The notes under the pieces: generated by a model
Databases searched by the model: none
What the model saw: the letters and a program-made list of their open reading frames with translations, nothing else
What the model was told of the DNA's origin: nothing
Translations under genes and position numbers: made by a program
Shown: one piece after another, positions 1 to 9,039 of the stretch
How the letters are laid out: every line of letters begins with the position of its first letter
How positions within the stretch are numbered: the stretch's first letter is position 1
IMG/VR virus record: IMGVR_UViG_3300033121_001118
Location: 40 to 64,039 of that record
Length of the DNA stretch: 64,000 bases
Strand: one strand, 5' to 3'
From: a virus
Taxonomy: Duplodnaviria > Caudoviricetes

Positions 1-53
1 GCCGATTCAAGCGGCGGCAACGTCGGCATCATGATGGCGCCCGATTCGCAGTT
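1..53. repeat. Terminal direct repeat (copy 1), circular-assembly overlap
   Basis: Identical to 63948-64000 (GCCGATTCAAGCGGCGGC...TTCGCAGTT); reading frame is continuous across the join. Confidence 0.95.
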
Positions 54-2106
54 TGCCCTTGATATCAACGGGCCGGCACGGGCTACGTACTGGATTGGTC
101 CGCATGCTATCCAGCTAAAGAACGTCCTGCTGCTCAGTCACTTTGACGGGCGCGCTCCGTATGAGACGAACTATAGTGGTGAAGTCAATGGTCACATGGG
201 ACAGGTTGCGATCATCAATGGCGGCCTGATATTTCGTCCCGGCAAATTTTACAAGGCGGCACAACTTGCAGAAGACACGACCAACTTAATCACCAACCCG
301 TCATTCGAGACAGGTATCACCGGCTGGACAGCCTACAGCGGCGGTTCGGTGGCACACTCTGGCGTGCGCTCGCTGTATGGCGTCAACTGCCTGCTGGCGA
401 CCGTATCATCTAATGGGCAAGGTGTACAAGCCAGCTCAAGCGGGCTGTCTGCCAGCACGAATTACACCCTCTCGGTTTACGTCTACACGACCACCGCGCG
501 CAGCATCAGCCTGCACGCGACGGACAATATTGATAAGGACATGGGGACGACCACAATCGCCATCCCTGCGTTTATCTGGACGCGCCTGAGCCTGTCGTTC
601 ACAACCGACTCGCACACGACGGTGTATTACCAGGTCACGGCTAACGGCAGCACCAACCTGTACGTGGATGGCGCGCAGCTTGAGGCCAAAGCCTACGCCA
701 CACCCTACTGCGACGGCACCTTGGGCGGTTACGATGTTAACGGCGTGCCGGATGGATCGGCCCATGCCTGGACGGGTACAGCACACGCTTCCACGAGCAC
801 ACGCGCTGCGGGGCGCCTGGCATATGCGCAGGCGGGGAACGTCGATTCGTCCGTTGGCACGCTGTCGGTATGGGTAAACTTTGCTTCGCTCGCCAACTAC
901 CGCTATATCCTGGCATCGTCAAGCAACGGCGGCATCGGCGTCTATGCAGGTGCTACAACGCTCAGTGTGGCGCGTGTCAACACAGAGACGGTCACCAACA
1001 CGACCGTCACATGGGCGGCCGAAACCTGGTATCACATCGCCGTCACGTGGTCAGGCACCGCCATCACCGTGTACCGCAACGGCGTGCAGATTGCGACAGG
1101 CACAGCGAGCGCCGGGTTCGCAACGCCGTCCAGCTACTATGTAGGCCGTTCGCTGGAGGGCACGTATTTCCTTGACGGGCTGATTGATGACCTGTGTATC
1201 CTGGGACGCGCAGCAGATGCTGCCGAAATCCGCAGCATATACGAGAGCAACGCCCCGGTGTTTGCCGAGACCTCGACATTCACTTTTCGCCCTACACCCA
1301 AGGGTTTGATTTGGGCCGACGATGAGGGACTGTGGATGCGCGACAGTTCCGGCAACAGCGTCTTGGGCATCTACGGCGGCGAGGCGGCGACCAAGAGCTG
1401 GGCCGGCTTCACTATGGCCGCCGGCGACATCGTGTTCGGGCGCAACGCCGTGGGCAGCTCGGCGATCTGGTGGGACCAAAGCGCCGGCACATTCGGCTTC
1501 TACGGGGCGGGTAGCGGGACGCCACAGGTGGAGATTGCGACAGACGGCAAGCTGACCGCCGGTGCCGGGAAGGTCAAGCTGGACAGCACCGGTTTCCATG
1601 CCTTCAACGCGTCCGCCGTCGCCACCATCGACATCAACGCCGATGGCATCTACCTGGGTGACGGTGGGGCGCGCACAACCATCGGCAGCTGGACCAGCGG
1701 CAACCGCATCAGGGCCTACAACGTAGGCGAGATTTACGAGGCCACGCCAGAAACCTACCTGGATGATTCATCCATCAGCCGCACGCTATATCCACTGGTG
1801 ATCAGGGGTATCCGGCAAGGCAACGAATCGACGTTGGTCGAGATCTCGGCTGTCAACACGTCGAACGTCGGTGCTCGAATTATCGTGGGCGAAGGCTTCC
1901 GGTTGAAGGGCTACTTCACGGGGTCGGGCAACAGCTATCAGACGAACAGGGTCGTCCATGCTCTAGCAGACGACGTCATCTTGGAGGCGAGCAATCTTCA
2001 GCTATACGGCATGACAACGAACGCAGGCGCCGTCGGCACTTACGCAGGCAAGATCAGGGTCCGGATTGCCGGCACGGACCGGTACATCCCGTACTACGCA
2101 TCATAA
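1..2106 (+). CDS. Tail fibre / receptor-binding protein, C-terminal part (carbohydrate-binding-like plus LamG domains); starts at 63306, ~915 aa in total
   Basis: TNLITNPSFETG CBM-like motif; LamG-like WYHIAVTW...LYRNG...GLIDDL; in frame with the ORF starting at 63306. Confidence 0.85.
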   Translation, partial: ADSSGGNVGIMMAPDSQFALDINGPARATYWIGPHAIQLKNVLLLSHFDGRAPYETNYSGEVNGHMGQVAIINGGLIFRPGKFYKAAQLAEDTTNLITNPSFETGITGWTAYSGGSVAHSGVRSLYGVNCLLATVSSNGQGVQASSSGLSASTNYTLSVYVYTTTARSISLHATDNIDKDMGTTTIAIPAFIWTRLSLSFTTDSHTTVYYQVTANGSTNLYVDGAQLEAKAYATPYCDGTLGGYDVNGVPDGSAHAWTGTAHASTSTRAAGRLAYAQAGNVDSSVGTLSVWVNFASLANYRYILASSSNGGIGVYAGATTLSVARVNTETVTNTTVTWAAETWYHIAVTWSGTAITVYRNGVQIATGTASAGFATPSSYYVGRSLEGTYFLDGLIDDLCILGRAADAAEIRSIYESNAPVFAETSTFTFRPTPKGLIWADDEGLWMRDSSGNSVLGIYGGEAATKSWAGFTMAAGDIVFGRNAVGSSAIWWDQSAGTFGFYGAGSGTPQVEIATDGKLTAGAGKVKLDSTGFHAFNASAVATIDINADGIYLGDGGARTTIGSWTSGNRIRAYNVGEIYEATPETYLDDSSISRTLYPLVIRGIRQGNESTLVEISAVNTSNVGARIIVGEGFRLKGYFTGSGNSYQTNRVVHALADDVILEASNLQLYGMTTNAGAVGTYAGKIRVRIAGTDRYIPYYAS

Positions 2107-2115
2107 GGAGACAGC

Positions 2116-2502
2116 ATGGCACAGGACGCACGTGCAATATCGATTCGAGTTCGTGACGCTCTTCTCTACTATGAAGAGCACGAACAGCAAGTCCCCGACA
2201 CACTCATGGGCGAGCTCGAGAAAGAAGCTCGAGCGGGTCTTCGGACGATCCAGAACGTGGTCGACGACATGGCTCGTCAACGTCGTCTTTGGATTGCTAA
2301 CGGGATGAACGAGATCATCTCGAACCCAGACGTCGTTGTCGACGGTGAGTTCTCCCGGGAACGGTGGCTGGAGATCAAGGAGGCGTTCGACCAGCTCGAA
2401 CAGTGGATGGCCACGCCCTTGCCCGAGTGTGGAGTCCCTCCCTTGGTCGTGATCTCTCGTCGAGGGAACCCGGTCGTCCCGCCTGCAGAAGGTGGTGCAT
2501 AA
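2116..2502 (+). CDS. Hypothetical protein in tail module
   Basis: AGGAG RBS, native codon usage, stop overlaps next start. Confidence 0.7.
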   Translation: MAQDARAISIRVRDALLYYEEHEQQVPDTLMGELEKEARAGLRTIQNVVDDMARQRRLWIANGMNEIISNPDVVVDGEFSRERWLEIKEAFDQLEQWMATPLPECGVPPLVVISRRGNPVVPPAEGGA

Positions 2503-2714
2503 TGCCGATCTCGATAGGCGATCGATCCGCACAAGACATTCGTTCGATCTTGAACATGATCGAGTCGGGGAAGAAAGCATCAGAGCATCTCCCGACTTAT
2601 CTCGAGGCTCTTGCATCCGCTCTCGACGTACCTAGAGGCTGGATGCTCGACCCCGAGACGATGACCTTTAGGCCGCCTCCTCAAGACGAGACGATAGCCG
2701 CACCCGAGGAGTAG
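2502..2714 (+). CDS. Small hypothetical protein (possible fibre chaperone)
   Basis: ATG at 2502 overlaps upstream TAA; MPISIGDRS...; position after fibre. Confidence 0.6.
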   Translation: MPISIGDRSAQDIRSILNMIESGKKASEHLPTYLEALASALDVPRGWMLDPETMTFRPPPQDETIAAPEE

Positions 2715-2718
2715 ATTC

Positions 2719-5700
2719 GTGGCACTTACGTTCAACGGCTCGGTCTCCAACTACGCGAGTAAAGCCATCTCCTTCTCGGCGAACAAGGGGACGCTGATGG
2801 GTTGGGTTAAGATGACCTCTGACCCGAACACCTATCAGTGCATCTTCGAGATGAACGCTGTCGACAACAATCAGATGGGATTGTACACCCAAGCTGACGG
2901 CACGACGATCTCGACTTACTTGGGGGCGTCGGACTCGACCGTTACGGGATCGTCCTTGACGATCGGGACGTGGTATCATCTCGCTGTCACCTGGGACGGG
3001 TCGAGCCTTCGAGCGTACGTCGATGCGACGTTGAACATCACTCACACGAACACGGGAACGACCTGGAACATGGTCCAGCTCGGGTTCGATGAGCCCTATT
3101 GGGGTGACACCTTCGTCGGCGCGATGGCTCATCTCAAGGCGTGGGACGCCGTCTTAACACAGACGGAGATCGCGACCGAGAAGGGATCGATCACGGCCGT
3201 TCGAACGTCGAACCTCCTAGGCCAGTGGGAAACGCCGTCGGGGGCTAGTCGGGCTGACGATACAAGCGGGAACGCCAATCACTTCACCGTCACGGGTACT
3301 TTGACGGACACGGCGAACCCCCTAGCATCGATCTCGGTTACGGACACTGCCAGTGGTAGTGATGCTCTCACGATCGACACTGGTGGAAGCTCGAGCAGCC
3401 TCTCGACCAACGAAGCTGCGGTCGGTCTCGATGCCGTAGTAGTCGGGAAGGGTCCCTACTACGTCAACAGTGCAACAGCATCGAGTGGACCAGGTGTTAC
3501 GGGCTTAACAGTCAACGTGCCGAGTGGAACAGCCGATGGCGATCTGATGCTAGCGATCATCGTCATTGAACTCTCGAGTGGTACAGCTACACCTCCTGCA
3601 GGGTGGACGCAACTCTGGAACGCGACCAACGCATCCCGGAGCCATACGCAGATCGTCTACGCCCGAACGGCCTCGAGCGAACCAGCCAACTATTCGTGGT
3701 CGTGGACGAGTGCGGAGTGTGCGGCTGCAATTATCACGTATCGGAATGCAGCGTACCCGAGCCAATACGGTGGTCAGTTCAACAACTCGTCGATAGCGAC
3801 CGCAGCAGCTCCATCGCTCACGACTGCTAGCCCGAACTCGATGTCGGTCTACTTCGGGAGTATCGCTTACGGCACGACCTGGAGTCCCCCGACGTCTCCG
3901 GGAACGTACACAGAACGTGTCGATATCCGAAGCAGCACGGCCAGCACGAACCTGGCTTTGACCATCGCAGAGTATGCCGTCTCAGTGAGTGGGACAGCTT
4001 GCTCTCCCGTCGGGACAGCAGCGAACGCTGACTATAACGCTGCAGGCCAGGTCATCATCCCGCCTCTTGCCGTCTCTGTCGTCTTGACTGAAACAGGTCG
4101 GGGTGCAGAAGGAGTTTCGTACTCTGCGGGGAGTGGCGACCAGTCGATCACGGTTACGGACACATCGTCAGGGTCGGATGCAATCAGCTCGTTAAGCGTC
4201 TCGCTAGCCTTGACAGACACGGGAGCTGGAGCAGAGAGCTTCGGCGGACCTTCGGCATCGGTCCCCGTCGGGGAGACAGGCTCGTCCATTGACGCTCTAT
4301 CGCGACTCATCGCATCGCTCCTGGTCGGGGAGTCCGGCGCGTCGACCGATCTACTATCGTCGTTGACTGCTGCGCTCCTTCTAGGGGACAGCGGTACATC
4401 GGTCGATGCAATCAGCAGTATCGTCGTCGCACTAGCTTTGTCCGATACAGCAGCGGCGACGGACCTTCTCAGCGTTCTCATCCTCAAAGCTATCGCTGAT
4501 ACTGCGTCGGGGACGGACTTGATCTCTTCGATCACGACCTCTCTGGCCATCGCCGACGCAGCTACGGCCGTTGACCTGCTCTTCGCTGTTCTCTATCAGA
4601 CGGTTACGGAGACGGGGTCGGGCACAGACATCGTCGCATCGATCGCATCGTCCCTGGCCGTAGTAGACTCCGGTGCAGCGACGGACCTCATCAGCATTCT
4701 CATCTCGAAGCTGATCGCTGAGTCCGCCAACGGGTCCGACCTCGTGGCTTCTATCGTCTCAGCACTGGTCGTTACCGACTCGGGTCTGGGACTCGAAGCA
4801 GCATCGATCGCAGCACTAGCCCTAATAGCGGACTCCGGTGCTGCGATCGATGCTCTGGCCGTCCTCTACCTCGTCTTCTTAACGGAGAGCGGCCAAGCCC
4901 AAGACTTCATCGCTGCCGTCGTCGCTGCGCTGACCCTCCAGGACAGCGGCGGTGCGATGGACGCTATCGCAAGCATCGGTGCTTCCGTGCCTGTTACCGA
5001 CTCCGGCACAGGAGCCGATAGCCAGTCGATCTCGGTGATCTTGACTATCGGCGATGCCGGGACGTCTACTGACAGTCTACTTCGTCTCGTTCTCGTAGCT
5101 CTCTCCGAAGCTGCGACAGGTGTCGACTCTCTGTCGTCGGTAGCAGTCACTTTCAGTCTGAGCGACAACGGGACGTCTTCCGACGCCGTATCGCTCCAAG
5201 CTTCCGTGGTCGTGGCCGATGCAGGGAGTGTCGTCGACGCTCTCTTCGCCTTGACGGAAGCCATCAAGCAGATCACCGAGACAGGTCTCGGATCTGATAC
5301 AGTTGTATCGCCTCTCGTCTCTCTAACCGTCGTCGAAGCTGCGTCAGGGAGTGACCAGTCGACGATCAGCGTGACGCTGTCAATTGGAGAGACGGGGCAA
5401 GGGTCGGATCTCCTCTCCCTAGCCGTGGTGACGATGATCACGATCGTCGAAGCTGTCACAGGCGTCGATCAGATCGTTGTCAACGTCTCGCCCATCGGGG
5501 TCCCGGAGATCGTGGTCGTGACCGATCAAGCGGGAATAGACGTCTCTCTGGCGATCACCGATTCGGGGTCGTCGAGCGATTCTCTCCTCCCCCAGATCCT
5601 GGTTGCGATCGTCGAGTCAGCTTCGGGGTTTGATTCTCCGCCAAGCGTTGCGGTCAATGCTCTAGTGGGGGATCTCGGAGAAGCTCTCGACCTAGTCGGA

Positions 5701-5943
5701 GGTCTAGCAGTAGCGCTGAGCGTCCTTGAAACGGGGTCGGCGGTCGACTTCGTTCTCTCGTACGACTCGGCAACGAGGATAGTCAAAGTCGACTTCTCGT
5801 TCAAACATCGTTCAGTGGAAGAAGAGTTCTCGATGCGGACGGTCGACCTGGCCGAAGCTGCTCGACAGATCGATAGTTCAATCGCCGGTCGAGAAGTGAC
5901 GTCCGAGTTCGCTTCGAGAACGTCTGAGATCTCAGGAGTCTAA
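2719..5943 (+). CDS. Virion protein: N-terminal LamG domain plus ~29 repeats of 18-19 aa
   Basis: WYHLAVTWDG LamG motif; recurring (D/E)(S/T)GxGxD units. Confidence 0.8.
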   Translation: MALTFNGSVSNYASKAISFSANKGTLMGWVKMTSDPNTYQCIFEMNAVDNNQMGLYTQADGTTISTYLGASDSTVTGSSLTIGTWYHLAVTWDGSSLRAYVDATLNITHTNTGTTWNMVQLGFDEPYWGDTFVGAMAHLKAWDAVLTQTEIATEKGSITAVRTSNLLGQWETPSGASRADDTSGNANHFTVTGTLTDTANPLASISVTDTASGSDALTIDTGGSSSSLSTNEAAVGLDAVVVGKGPYYVNSATASSGPGVTGLTVNVPSGTADGDLMLAIIVIELSSGTATPPAGWTQLWNATNASRSHTQIVYARTASSEPANYSWSWTSAECAAAIITYRNAAYPSQYGGQFNNSSIATAAAPSLTTASPNSMSVYFGSIAYGTTWSPPTSPGTYTERVDIRSSTASTNLALTIAEYAVSVSGTACSPVGTAANADYNAAGQVIIPPLAVSVVLTETGRGAEGVSYSAGSGDQSITVTDTSSGSDAISSLSVSLALTDTGAGAESFGGPSASVPVGETGSSIDALSRLIASLLVGESGASTDLLSSLTAALLLGDSGTSVDAISSIVVALALSDTAAATDLLSVLILKAIADTASGTDLISSITTSLAIADAATAVDLLFAVLYQTVTETGSGTDIVASIASSLAVVDSGAATDLISILISKLIAESANGSDLVASIVSALVVTDSGLGLEAASIAALALIADSGAAIDALAVLYLVFLTESGQAQDFIAAVVAALTLQDSGGAMDAIASIGASVPVTDSGTGADSQSISVILTIGDAGTSTDSLLRLVLVALSEAATGVDSLSSVAVTFSLSDNGTSSDAVSLQASVVVADAGSVVDALFALTEAIKQITETGLGSDTVVSPLVSLTVVEAASGSDQSTISVTLSIGETGQGSDLLSLAVVTMITIVEAVTGVDQIVVNVSPIGVPEIVVVTDQAGIDVSLAITDSGSSSDSLLPQILVAIVESASGFDSPPSVAVNALVGDLGEALDLVGGLAVALSVLETGSAVDFVLSYDSATRIVKVDFSFKHRSVEEEFSMRTVDLAEAARQIDSSIAGREVTSEFASRTSEISGV

Positions 5944-5944
5944 C

Positions 5945-6463
5945 ATGGTACCAGAGAAGTTCAACTACGCAACACGGTGGGTCATTCGTCGCTACGCCAA
6001 CGACGAGGCCTTCCTTAACGACACCCCTTCCGAGGTCGTGTCACCCGATGGCGAGATTCTCCCCGCAGAGACCGTCGTCGATGGCAACCTCCTTCTCAAC
6101 GAAGGGATTCAGCTGCTCGAGGATCTGTTGATCGGTGCTGGCGGCACGGCGTACAACAACGCCAACTCGTACCTCGGGGTCGGTGATTCGACCACGGCGG
6201 AGAGTGCTGCACATACCGGTCTTCAAGCCGCGACCAATAAGACCTACAAGGCGATGCAGGCCACATACCCCTCCCGGAGTAGCCAGACCATCACTTGGCG
6301 TGCGGTGTTCGCTTCCGGCGATGCCAACTACGCCTGGCAGGAGTTCACGATCGTCAACGCCTCGTCCGACACTGGCACGAACCTGAACCGGAAGGTCAGT
6401 GCTCAGGGGACGAAGGCGTCCGGTCAGACGTGGACCCTCGACATGACCTTGACGATTAGCTAG
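5945..6463 (+). CDS. Phage structural (baseplate/collar-like) protein
   Basis: YLGVGDSTTA...WQEFTIVN...LNRKV pattern typical of fibre-associated proteins. Confidence 0.65.
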   Translation: MVPEKFNYATRWVIRRYANDEAFLNDTPSEVVSPDGEILPAETVVDGNLLLNEGIQLLEDLLIGAGGTAYNNANSYLGVGDSTTAESAAHTGLQAATNKTYKAMQATYPSRSSQTITWRAVFASGDANYAWQEFTIVNASSDTGTNLNRKVSAQGTKASGQTWTLDMTLTIS

Positions 6464-6464
6464 T

Positions 6465-6776
6465 ATGATCAAGGTCAACGAGGGGACGACCGCATACGTC
6501 ACGTTCACGTTTCGGGACAAATCGGGGGCCCCAGAAGCCCCCGAGGCGATCCAGTACTGGATTGACGACGTCTCTTCGGGCCGGCGTGTACGCGAGTCAA
6601 CAGCCATCGACACTGGGTCATCGGTCGAGGTCAAGCTGACGACAACGGACACGCAGATCTTGAACACGTCGTCGGTGTCAGAAGAGAGACGAATCACTGT
6701 TCGCGGCACGTACGGGGAAGCCGACGCTGTCGTGGGGGAAGCGTTCTACGAGGTCGTGAATCTAGCGGGAGTGTAG
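6465..6776 (+). CDS. BppU-like/Ig-fold baseplate-associated protein
   Basis: Beta-rich 103 aa protein, tight coupling to neighbours. Confidence 0.5.
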   Translation: MIKVNEGTTAYVTFTFRDKSGAPEAPEAIQYWIDDVSSGRRVRESTAIDTGSSVEVKLTTTDTQILNTSSVSEERRITVRGTYGEADAVVGEAFYEVVNLAGV

Positions 6777-6781
6777 TTAGC

Positions 6782-7423
6782 ATGAGGGTCCTGGTCATCG
6801 CTCCCGACCAGCCCGGCATCGATACGTTGCCTGAAATCCGGTCTATTCAGCGACGTCATCACATGTCAATACTGGGAGGGATAGTCAAGCCGCAGGACAT
6901 CTACGATGCATGCAGGGACACGAGATTCGACGTTCACCACTACGCCACACACTCCGGGCCAACGGGCGCTCTCCTCTCCGACGGAGTCTTGTTCACCGAA
7001 GAGGACATCGCTCAAGTCGCACGGATCAAAGGGACAGAGACTCTGTTCTTCAACTCCTGCGACTCAGGTCGACTCGCTAGCTATGCAGTACGTCACGGCG
7101 CTCGGTTCGCGATTCACACGAACGTCGACTTGGCAGAAAGTGACGCTTGGAAGCCGGCTCTGTCGTTCTACAGCTACTTGGAGAACGGTCATAGCCGCGA
7201 CATCGTCGGTGCCTTCGTAGTCGCCGATAACGGCGACGGCGACTACGGGCTTCAGATCTCGCCGCCTTACGTACAAGAACTCCAGAGGCAGTCGGAGGTT
7301 GCTATCCTCCCCCGACCTGGGACTGTGGTCATCTCTCGGGTACAGATGGTCTTGGTCGGACTTGGCATCCTCGCAGCTTCGGGACTATGGACAGCCTTTC
7401 TCAACATGCTGTCCGGGAGGTAA
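6782..7423 (+). CDS. CHAT (caspase-like) domain protein with C-terminal transmembrane helix
   Basis: HHYATHSG...LLSDG and LFFNSCDSG match the CHAT His-Cys dyad motifs; hydrophobic C-terminus MVLVGLGILAASGLWTAFL. Confidence 0.75.
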   Translation: MRVLVIAPDQPGIDTLPEIRSIQRRHHMSILGGIVKPQDIYDACRDTRFDVHHYATHSGPTGALLSDGVLFTEEDIAQVARIKGTETLFFNSCDSGRLASYAVRHGARFAIHTNVDLAESDAWKPALSFYSYLENGHSRDIVGAFVVADNGDGDYGLQISPPYVQELQRQSEVAILPRPGTVVISRVQMVLVGLGILAASGLWTAFLNMLSGR

Positions 7424-7425
7424 AG

Positions 7426-7758
7426 ATGCATGTCGGGATTCTCGCCCAAGAATCTACGACGATCGCGAGTACACTTTCTCTTGTCTTCAGTGTCTTGCTG
7501 CTGTATACGTTCTGGATCGGGTTTCGTGGTCAGTACTTGCTGTGGATGTCTCTCGGCTTCTTCGGCTTGGCGCTGTACTTCGGTCTCCTGACCATCAGCA
7601 GCGGACCGCAACCCCTCATCAGTCGAGGGGAGATCGCTCGGGCCGTGAGGGAAGTGTTGATCGTTTCGTACCTTCTTCTAGCAGTCGGGTTCGTTCGAGT
7701 CGGACGTCGTCTGTGGCGTTGGACAGGCAGCAACGCCTGCGACCACAAGACGAAGTAG
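7426..7758 (+). CDS. Membrane protein with ~3 TM helices (holin-like candidate)
   Basis: Three hydrophobic segments, basic C-terminal tail; last gene before terminator. Confidence 0.65.
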   Translation: MHVGILAQESTTIASTLSLVFSVLLLYTFWIGFRGQYLLWMSLGFFGLALYFGLLTISSGPQPLISRGEIARAVREVLIVSYLLLAVGFVRVGRRLWRWTGSNACDHKTK

Positions 7759-7764
7759 ACAAAG

Positions 7765-7793
7765 GAAGACGGCGCCTACGCAGCGCCGTCTTC
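7765..7793. terminator. Hairpin between convergent operons
   Basis: GAAGACGGCGC-CTACGCA-GCGCCGTCTTC, perfect 11-bp stem. Confidence 0.8.
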
Positions 7794-7801
7794 TCTACCC
7801 T

Positions 7802-8317
7802 CTACAAGCACTTGGTCGTATCGATCTCGAACCAAGGATTGTCCTCCTCACCATCCACCTCGTCGATCGTGGCAGGTTCACCATTGATCTCAACGTTGTA
7901 CTGAGAGTTCATCTCCCCGTACCGGACGTTGCCATACTTCTGGCCTCGGAAGTGGACCAGCACCGGCTTCGCCCAATCGACGATCTCGCCTTCCTCATTC
8001 ACGATTGCGTAGAAGCCGTTCAGCTTCTCAACCATCTTGTACCCGAAGTCCACCATCCCCGCTCGCTCTACTGCGAGGTCGAATCCGAACCGCTTGATCG
8101 TCGGGATCGTGCTCTTCACGATCACTACCTTCTCGCGGTTGAGGTAAGCGTTGGTGTCCGCTGCCAGCTTCGTGAAGCGATCGATCTTCTCCGGAATGTC
8201 CTCTTCCTGCGCCTTCGCGAGCATCTTGCCTGCCCACTCGTTGAGGAAAGTGACCTCTTCGCGGTCGAGTCCCTGCTTCCGGTTCCACTTGATCTCGAGC
8301 TTGCTGCCTGTTAACAT
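7802..8317 (-). CDS. Hypothetical protein
   Basis: GGGGAG RBS before ATG 8317; native codons; repeat-type promoter upstream. Confidence 0.75.
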   Translation of the reverse strand: MLTGSKLEIKWNRKQGLDREEVTFLNEWAGKMLAKAQEEDIPEKIDRFTKLAADTNAYLNREKVVIVKSTIPTIKRFGFDLAVERAGMVDFGYKMVEKLNGFYAIVNEEGEIVDWAKPVLVHFRGQKYGNVRYGEMNSQYNVEINGEPATIDEVDGEEDNPWFEIDTTKCL

Positions 8318-8356
8318 TGTCGTCTCCCCTTGTTGAATCTCGTTGAAAACCATCGT

Positions 8357-8418
8357 CCTCTTAATGATAACGGACCAAGATAAAGGCCCGATTAAGGCGA
8401 GATTAGAGGACGATTAGA
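8357..8418 (-). promoter_or_regulatory. Phased-repeat promoter, copy 1
   Basis: -10 TATCAT (8364-8369); GAT(T/A)A units at 8379, 8390, 8401, 8412. Confidence 0.8.
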
Positions 8419-8448
8419 CTCTCGTGATCTACAGATGACCATCAAGCA

Positions 8449-8685
8449 TCACCTTGGGTAAGAAGAGAAGCGGCAGTGGCTTCGGTTCGGGTCGATCGTC
8501 TTTCTCACAACCGCACGGGTGTGTCGGAGGCTGAGGGAGAGGGGTCGATCGACCGACTCCGAGTCGATCGGAGAGTTGCATGAGTACTCCGGCGTGGGGG
8601 TCGGCATGACGTCAGCCGGAGCGACGTTGAAGCACCTCCCCGAGAGAACAACTGACAGGTACAGCATGACTTCGACTATGGGCAT
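8449..8685 (-). CDS. Hypothetical protein
   Basis: AGGAG RBS before ATG; otherwise unsupported. Confidence 0.4.
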   Translation of the reverse strand: MPIVEVMLYLSVVLSGRCFNVAPADVMPTPTPEYSCNSPIDSESVDRPLSLSLRHTRAVVRKTIDPNRSHCRFSSYPR

Positions 8686-8873
8686 TCACGTCTCCTATGA
8701 CATGCCAGGAGAGCGTTCCCACCCGGAACGCCCTCCCAGGGCCTGATGGCGCAGGTTCTTCTTTCCAACGTATGCGAGCCCGACCTGCGGCGTTCCTCGC
8801 CTCTCGAACGACGTGATACTTAGCAATCACGTGAGCTTCCACGGTAGACGCCGTGGACCCGTATTAAGTTGAA

Positions 8874-8948
8874 AGCCCCCAGGCGAGTATCGACTCCCGC
8901 CTTCTCCGGATCATCTCCGGTGTCCTACCATCGCTAGACGATGGGGAG
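8874..8948 (-). ncRNA. Degenerate tRNA-like cloverleaf
   Basis: Acceptor CTCCCCA/TGGGGGC, U8, D-arm GTCT-AGCGATGGTA-GGAC, CCGGA-GATGA-TCCGG arm, T-like arm GGCGGG-AGTCGATA-CTCGCC; no encoded CCA. Confidence 0.5.
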
Positions 8949-9007
8949 CTGGCAGCTAGTGCGGAGCATCTTCCCTCAACGCACCACCGCTTCGCAGCAT
9001 TGATATT

Positions 9008-9029
9008 GGGAGGCTGTCACCAGCCTCCC
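9008..9029. terminator. Hairpin downstream of 9040-9549 gene
   Basis: GGGAGGCTG-TCAC-CAGCCTCCC; weak U-tract. Confidence 0.5.
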
Positions 9030-9039
9030 GTTTGTGAAC

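Noticed and set aside
1-2106. Diversity-generating retroelement acting on the tail fibre
   Set aside because: No reverse transcriptase and no template/variable repeat pair with adenine-specific differences seen
8928-8944. CCATC-GTCTAGC-GATGG hairpin that could be read as a CUA (amber suppressor) anticodon arm
   Set aside because: The alternative fold gives a canonical D-arm at the correct position, and conserved genes (capsid, tail tube, PolA) end normally at TAG, so there is no sign of recoding
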